Source: Oligoflexales bacterium (lineage in GTDB: Bacteria; Bdellovibrionota_B; Oligoflexia; Oligoflexales; RGVZ01). Taken from it: a stretch of 42,670 bases of DNA. Every line of letters starts with the position of its first letter. The stretch's first letter is position 1. The notes below the pieces were generated by a model. It was not told the DNA's origin, did not search any database, and worked only from the letters and a program-made list of their open reading frames with translations. The stretch covers positions 1 through 42,670 of the forward strand of contig JBIIGV010000010.1 of NCBI GenBank assembly GCA_044236265.1, written 5' to 3'. Positions 38,682 through 42,670 of this stretch are shown in pieces. Made by a program: the position numbers and the translations under genes.

Positions 38682-38897
38682 CTACGTCACCTGAAAGAGG
38701 GACGCCCCGAGGCGCCAGGATTCTAGTTACCAAAATCTATTTGTGAAAAGCAGCTAAAATTCGAAGACATCAATTCATTCATCACTACCGGTCGCACACG
38801 ATTAATCGAAGGCTTCAAATCTCGCGGCGGGAAAATATTTGATGCACGGGTCGTCCGTAACCCTGCTGGATCTTGGACCTTTGAGTTCAAAAGCTGA
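38682..38897 (+). repeat. Diverged direct copy of the topB 3' end (35135-35350)
   Basis: Ungapped 216-nt alignment with 18 mismatches by hand count, mostly silent; nonsense TAG at 38724-38726; ends exactly at the stop codon. Confidence 0.95.
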
Positions 38898-38992
38898 TTT
38901 TGAACCGACTATAACCCTTTAAATTTATTGTTATTTTAAAATTCTGTGAAAGCTTGACCTTAAACTTCCGACACGAAAATGGGGGGGCAGTC

Positions 38993-40702
38993 ATGGCTAA
39001 CATCAGATACGTTAACAGGATAATCTCGCTTTGCTTTGTCGCTTCACTGGTAGCGTCTTGTGGTTCTAAATCAAAGCAATCAGCAAACAATCAAAGCATA
39101 CAAACCGCCCAGAAGCCCTCATTCTCACTAGCTCCAGGTGAGTACTTAGAAAACCAAAGACTTGAGCTAAAAAGTAATTTACCGGCCGCTCAAATCTTTT
39201 TTACTACTGATGGCTCTGAGCCTTCCGCTCAATCAAACGTTTACTCCGAGCCGTTAGAACTGAGTGGCGGCACCACAGTTAAAATGTTCGCCCGTGCCCA
39301 AGGTCTGAATGACTCTGAGGTTGTAACAGGGACGTTCAATGTGAGGTCGATGCTTAAAAATATGCGGTTATTTTTACCGACTCACTATAACCATTCAGTC
39401 GCACAAGCGTCTGACGGCACAGTTTATTTCCCTGAGTATGGAAAAAAACGCTTAATGCGACAAAGCCCATCAGGCGTCCTTGAGGCTATTTATACAGAGC
39501 AAGGAGGGATGCTTACGGTATTTGTGGACCCACAAGACAGACTCTATGTCAGTCTCGATATGGGAGACACGAAAGACGCAAACGGCCGTTTCATCGGTTC
39601 CGTTGTTCGGGTTGATAATGGAGCAAATGGGACCAAAGTTCTAACTCCGGTGATAAAGTTTGTAAGGCGGCCAAGGCAAATGGCTTGGGACGGTGTTAAG
39701 CTCTATGTCCAATTGGAAGCCGAGCGGATGATTATTTCTTGTGATGTTGATCAAGGCGCCTGCGAGTACCCTGACACCGTCGCAACGCAAACTAATGCCA
39801 AAAAAGCGATCATCGAGGTGGATAACCGCTCCGTTGTTCCACCCCCTAATGGGATGACCTTTCGTAACGGAACATTCTACTGGGCGGAGTACGGCATTTT
39901 CCAACAGCGAGCTGACGGCTCCAAGTGGGTCGAAATGGGACGAATTCGCAGCAAATCACCAGGTCAACCAGCTGTCACTCTCAAAGACGGTTTAGGACGC
40001 ACACGTGGAGTTGGTTTTGACACTGCTGGTAATCTTTACTTTACCACTGAAGCAAATGAGAAAGATCAAGGAAACACCGGCACACTGGCGCGTCTTTTGC
40101 CAGACTCTACTGGAAAAATATCAGCCAACAGTAAATACGAGCTTCTACTCGACAAAGTTGATTATCCTCAATTCATCAAAGTTCTCCACAATGGCGAGGT
40201 TTTGGTGCCTCTGGCGCGTGAGAACTGGATGGGGCTTTACGACCCTAAACTGAAAATGGAAAAACAGGCCGTATCAGAATCCTTTATCGAGATGTATGCC
40301 CAGAATCTTACAGTTACATCTGGAGACTCTGCAGCAAAACTACTGTCCTTTAATTTCCCGGAGTTTGGTAAGAAGTTCGACTACTTAATCAACACCCAAG
40401 ATCCCGGATTGAAAACCGGATGGCTCAAGATAAACATCAAGGGTTTAAATCTCCCGGAGGACTTATTCAAAAAGTACGTAAACTATCCTCCATTTCCATC
40501 GCCACTCATTCCTGGGCCTGGTTTTTATAGAATTCCAAGTGCGACCTGTGAATTTGACGCAAAGCCTTGCAGCATGCGCGGCATCGTTTACAGGACACAA
40601 GTGCTTTGGCGATGGCCGATGTTTTACCCGAACGGCGTGGAGACTCCGGCCGATGGGTTCAGTGAGGATCCAGATCACTTTTTATTTAACTTCAACTTGT
40701 GA
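38993..40702 (+). CDS. Lipoprotein with chitobiase-C/Fn3-associated domain and beta-propeller
   Basis: Lipobox LVAS-C; PSFSLAPGEY...IFFTTDGSEP...YSEPL..TTVKMFA; propeller blades DGTVYF, DRLYVS, GTFYWAE, GVGFDTAGNLYF. Confidence 0.82.
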   Translation: MANIRYVNRIISLCFVASLVASCGSKSKQSANNQSIQTAQKPSFSLAPGEYLENQRLELKSNLPAAQIFFTTDGSEPSAQSNVYSEPLELSGGTTVKMFARAQGLNDSEVVTGTFNVRSMLKNMRLFLPTHYNHSVAQASDGTVYFPEYGKKRLMRQSPSGVLEAIYTEQGGMLTVFVDPQDRLYVSLDMGDTKDANGRFIGSVVRVDNGANGTKVLTPVIKFVRRPRQMAWDGVKLYVQLEAERMIISCDVDQGACEYPDTVATQTNAKKAIIEVDNRSVVPPPNGMTFRNGTFYWAEYGIFQQRADGSKWVEMGRIRSKSPGQPAVTLKDGLGRTRGVGFDTAGNLYFTTEANEKDQGNTGTLARLLPDSTGKISANSKYELLLDKVDYPQFIKVLHNGEVLVPLARENWMGLYDPKLKMEKQAVSESFIEMYAQNLTVTSGDSAAKLLSFNFPEFGKKFDYLINTQDPGLKTGWLKINIKGLNLPEDLFKKYVNYPPFPSPLIPGPGFYRIPSATCEFDAKPCSMRGIVYRTQVLWRWPMFYPNGVETPADGFSEDPDHFLFNFNL

Positions 40703-40723
40703 CTTGGTTCCCCTGGGTTGAAA

Positions 40724-41647
40724 TTATCCCAGAGCCGTATCCAAAATCATCATCATGATAAATCCCACCATCAAGCCGATGGTGGCGAATGTTTGATGGC
40801 CATTGCGATGTGTCTCTGGAATAACCTCATGAGATACCACAAAAATCATGGCACCAGCAGAAATGCCCATAGCCATGGGGTAAGCAAACGGAAGACCACC
40901 CGCTAAAAACACACCGAGCAATGCCCCAAGCGGTTCAAGAGCTCCCGTCATTGCCGCAATCAAAACGGCCTTCCAAGCCTGTTTCACAACACCGCGCAGC
41001 GCAAGGGCGACAGCAAGTCCTTCTGGAACATCTTGAATAGCAATCGCGGTACTGACTGGCAAACCAACAGCCATGTCCCCTTTTGAAAAACTGACACCAA
41101 AAGCCATGCCCTCGGGCAGATTGTGTAATGCAATTGCAAATACAAAAAGCATCATGCCACCGTATGCTTGATGCCCTGGTCCAAAACTTCCGGCGTTCTG
41201 ATGATTGTGCGGCGTAAAAGCTTCAAGGCCAAGCATCAGAAAAACACCGATGATCATCCCTGCGACCACCAGCAAACTACCATAGACCTTCGAGCTATAA
41301 ATCAGAGTACCAGCATCCATACCGGGTATGATCAACGAAAACGAACTAGCTGCCAGCATCATTCCAGCAGCAAAGCCGAGCATACTGTCTTCAACCTTGG
41401 CGGGAACCGCTCGAATGAATAGGGCAGGGAGGGCACCGATGGCTGTAGCTGCAAACCCACCCCACCCACCCCCAAAACCCAAACGCACCGGGGTTTTAAA
41501 TACATAAGTCGGCATTCCGGCCAGATTCTGTGACAGAATCACAGTGACGGTTACCAAAGCGGCAAATAGACCAAGACTCATCCATGGTCGCCTGAGAGCG
41601 TGATGGAATGCTTCTTTGATCCATTTTTGGGACTCAACACGATTCAT
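40724..41647 (-). CDS. ZIP-family (GufA/ZupT-like) metal transporter
   Basis: LGFAAGMMLAASSFSLI, His loop PHNH, IALHNLPEGMA, AIAIQDVPEG, GAMIFVVSHEVIPE. Confidence 0.93.
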   Translation of the reverse strand: MNRVESQKWIKEAFHHALRRPWMSLGLFAALVTVTVILSQNLAGMPTYVFKTPVRLGFGGGWGGFAATAIGALPALFIRAVPAKVEDSMLGFAAGMMLAASSFSLIIPGMDAGTLIYSSKVYGSLLVVAGMIIGVFLMLGLEAFTPHNHQNAGSFGPGHQAYGGMMLFVFAIALHNLPEGMAFGVSFSKGDMAVGLPVSTAIAIQDVPEGLAVALALRGVVKQAWKAVLIAAMTGALEPLGALLGVFLAGGLPFAYPMAMGISAGAMIFVVSHEVIPETHRNGHQTFATIGLMVGFIMMMILDTALG

Positions 41648-41886
41648 AAGTTTTTGCGCCAGATCAAATCCATATCTTTAATGTTAAACGATTTAATCCT
41701 TTGGGGACACTCGACGGTGTTCTAATTCGGCTAAAACCTGGCCATGGGACCGCAGCGGGTTTTATTTTAATATGCTGATAATATTACGTAAATTTAGCTA
41801 GGGCCAAGGCCTAGAAAACAAGCTGAATGCCTCTCTAAAGTCACACCGAAAAACGACCGAACCTCGATTATATATAGGGGGTTAGG

Positions 41887-42670
41887 GTGAAGCCCTGGAT
41901 ACTTTCAATCCGGATGTCACTTACGGTGGCGTTGCTACTTGCGATGACCATGTCCTGTGGTGTTCCCTCAACCTCAGTTGAAGTCAAAATGACAGCTGGT
42001 GCTGGCGTCGCAAATTGTGACTCGACGGGAAAGTGCGTCAAAGACCCAAAAGGTCTTGTCGTCTACAACACCGATCTCATCACCCAAAACAAGATCATGA
42101 AGCGTCCACAGAATGAGACGTTTCTGACGCGCATGATAAATCTTGTTGATGAACCCAAGCTTCTTGTCACTTCGGAAAAAATTCAAGATCTAATACGTGG
42201 AGTTGCACTTGTCGGTGAGTTTGAGCCGTGTGAGTCCCCCAATGCGATCGAGGGAGCAAACCCAACGGCAGGTCAACTACGGTCTCTAAATCAAGGCAGA
42301 TATCGAGCTTGCGTGGCCTACGTAGGCGAGGGGATGATCAAGAAAGCTTACTCACTTGATGCGATTGACGTGGATACGACACCGCCTGAGGTAACCAAAG
42401 GGCTAAATGCTTCAAATGAAACACCAAATTCAGCGCAATTTTTGTGGTCAAAGGCGGGAGATAATCTAACGCTTGAGGGGGAGATCACTTACAAGGTCTT
42501 TACGTCCAAAACACATAATCTAGACTCGCTGGAAGCCGTTCAATCATTCGGAAATCAGGCACCGGGAAGAATAGTCGGTGGAAATTCATTTACAATCAAC
42601 TATTTGACATCTAGCTCCTTGTATTATGCAGCCGTCGTTGCCACGGATGAGGCCGGCAATGCGTCCCTTG
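41887..42670 (+). CDS. Lipoprotein with fibronectin type III domain (runs off the window end)
   Basis: Manually translated frame open from GTG 41887 to the end: ...LLLAMTMS-CG..., DTTPPEV...WSKAGDN...YKVF...YYAAVVATDEAGNAS. Confidence 0.78.
   Translation, partial: MKPWILSIRMSLTVALLLAMTMSCGVPSTSVEVKMTAGAGVANCDSTGKCVKDPKGLVVYNTDLITQNKIMKRPQNETFLTRMINLVDEPKLLVTSEKIQDLIRGVALVGEFEPCESPNAIEGANPTAGQLRSLNQGRYRACVAYVGEGMIKKAYSLDAIDVDTTPPEVTKGLNASNETPNSAQFLWSKAGDNLTLEGEITYKVFTSKTHNLDSLEAVQSFGNQAPGRIVGGNSFTINYLTSSSLYYAAVVATDEAGNASL

Noticed and set aside
38461..38733. 90-aa ORF as a real gene
   Set aside because: It is a chimera of the antisense topB tail and the GNAT remnant.
35351..38897. Classical integrase-encoded island or prophage with attL/attR
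   Set aside because: No recombinase or phage genes are present, and the repeats are long, diverged gene tails rather than short identical att cores.
55..42186. The many 60-140 aa ORFs nested in or antisense to long genes (e.g. 55-240, 487-735, 6729-7166, 14013-14417, 41974-42186)
   Set aside because: They are shadow frames of well-supported CDSs and have no motifs or RBS support.

Overview
Bacterial chromosomal window. The gene mix (alpha2-type GlyRS, AhcY, AddAB, TopB, many orphan secreted lipoproteins and sigma28-like promoters) suggests Bdellovibrionota/Oligoflexia; this is an inference. Core genes (glyQS, ahcY, serS, dusB, addAB, sppA, topB, a ZIP transporter) are interleaved with accessory secreted-protein genes that tend to sit at convergent gene junctions. 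The most unusual structure is the topB-ZIP interval (about 35.1-40.8 kb), which holds four orphan gene 3' tails arranged back-to-back. One pair is a ZIP tail fused to a trmFO-like tail; the other is a RimJ/RimL GNAT tail followed by a diverged topB tail. These tails bracket cargo genes (an AAA/DUF4143 ATPase, a DUF3892-like/lysozyme-like protein with an overlapping partner, and a beta-propeller lipoprotein), and no integrase is present in the window. Also notable are a candidate structured ncRNA upstream of addB, a perfect 25-bp inverted repeat between serS and dusB, a BPI/LBP-like secreted protein, a stand-alone HisKA-like protein, a Cys-repeat lipoprotein and a fibre-like DUF1566 lipoprotein. 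No tRNA, rRNA, CRISPR array, integrase, transposase or reverse transcriptase was recognised. All family calls are by-eye motif recognition, not database searches.
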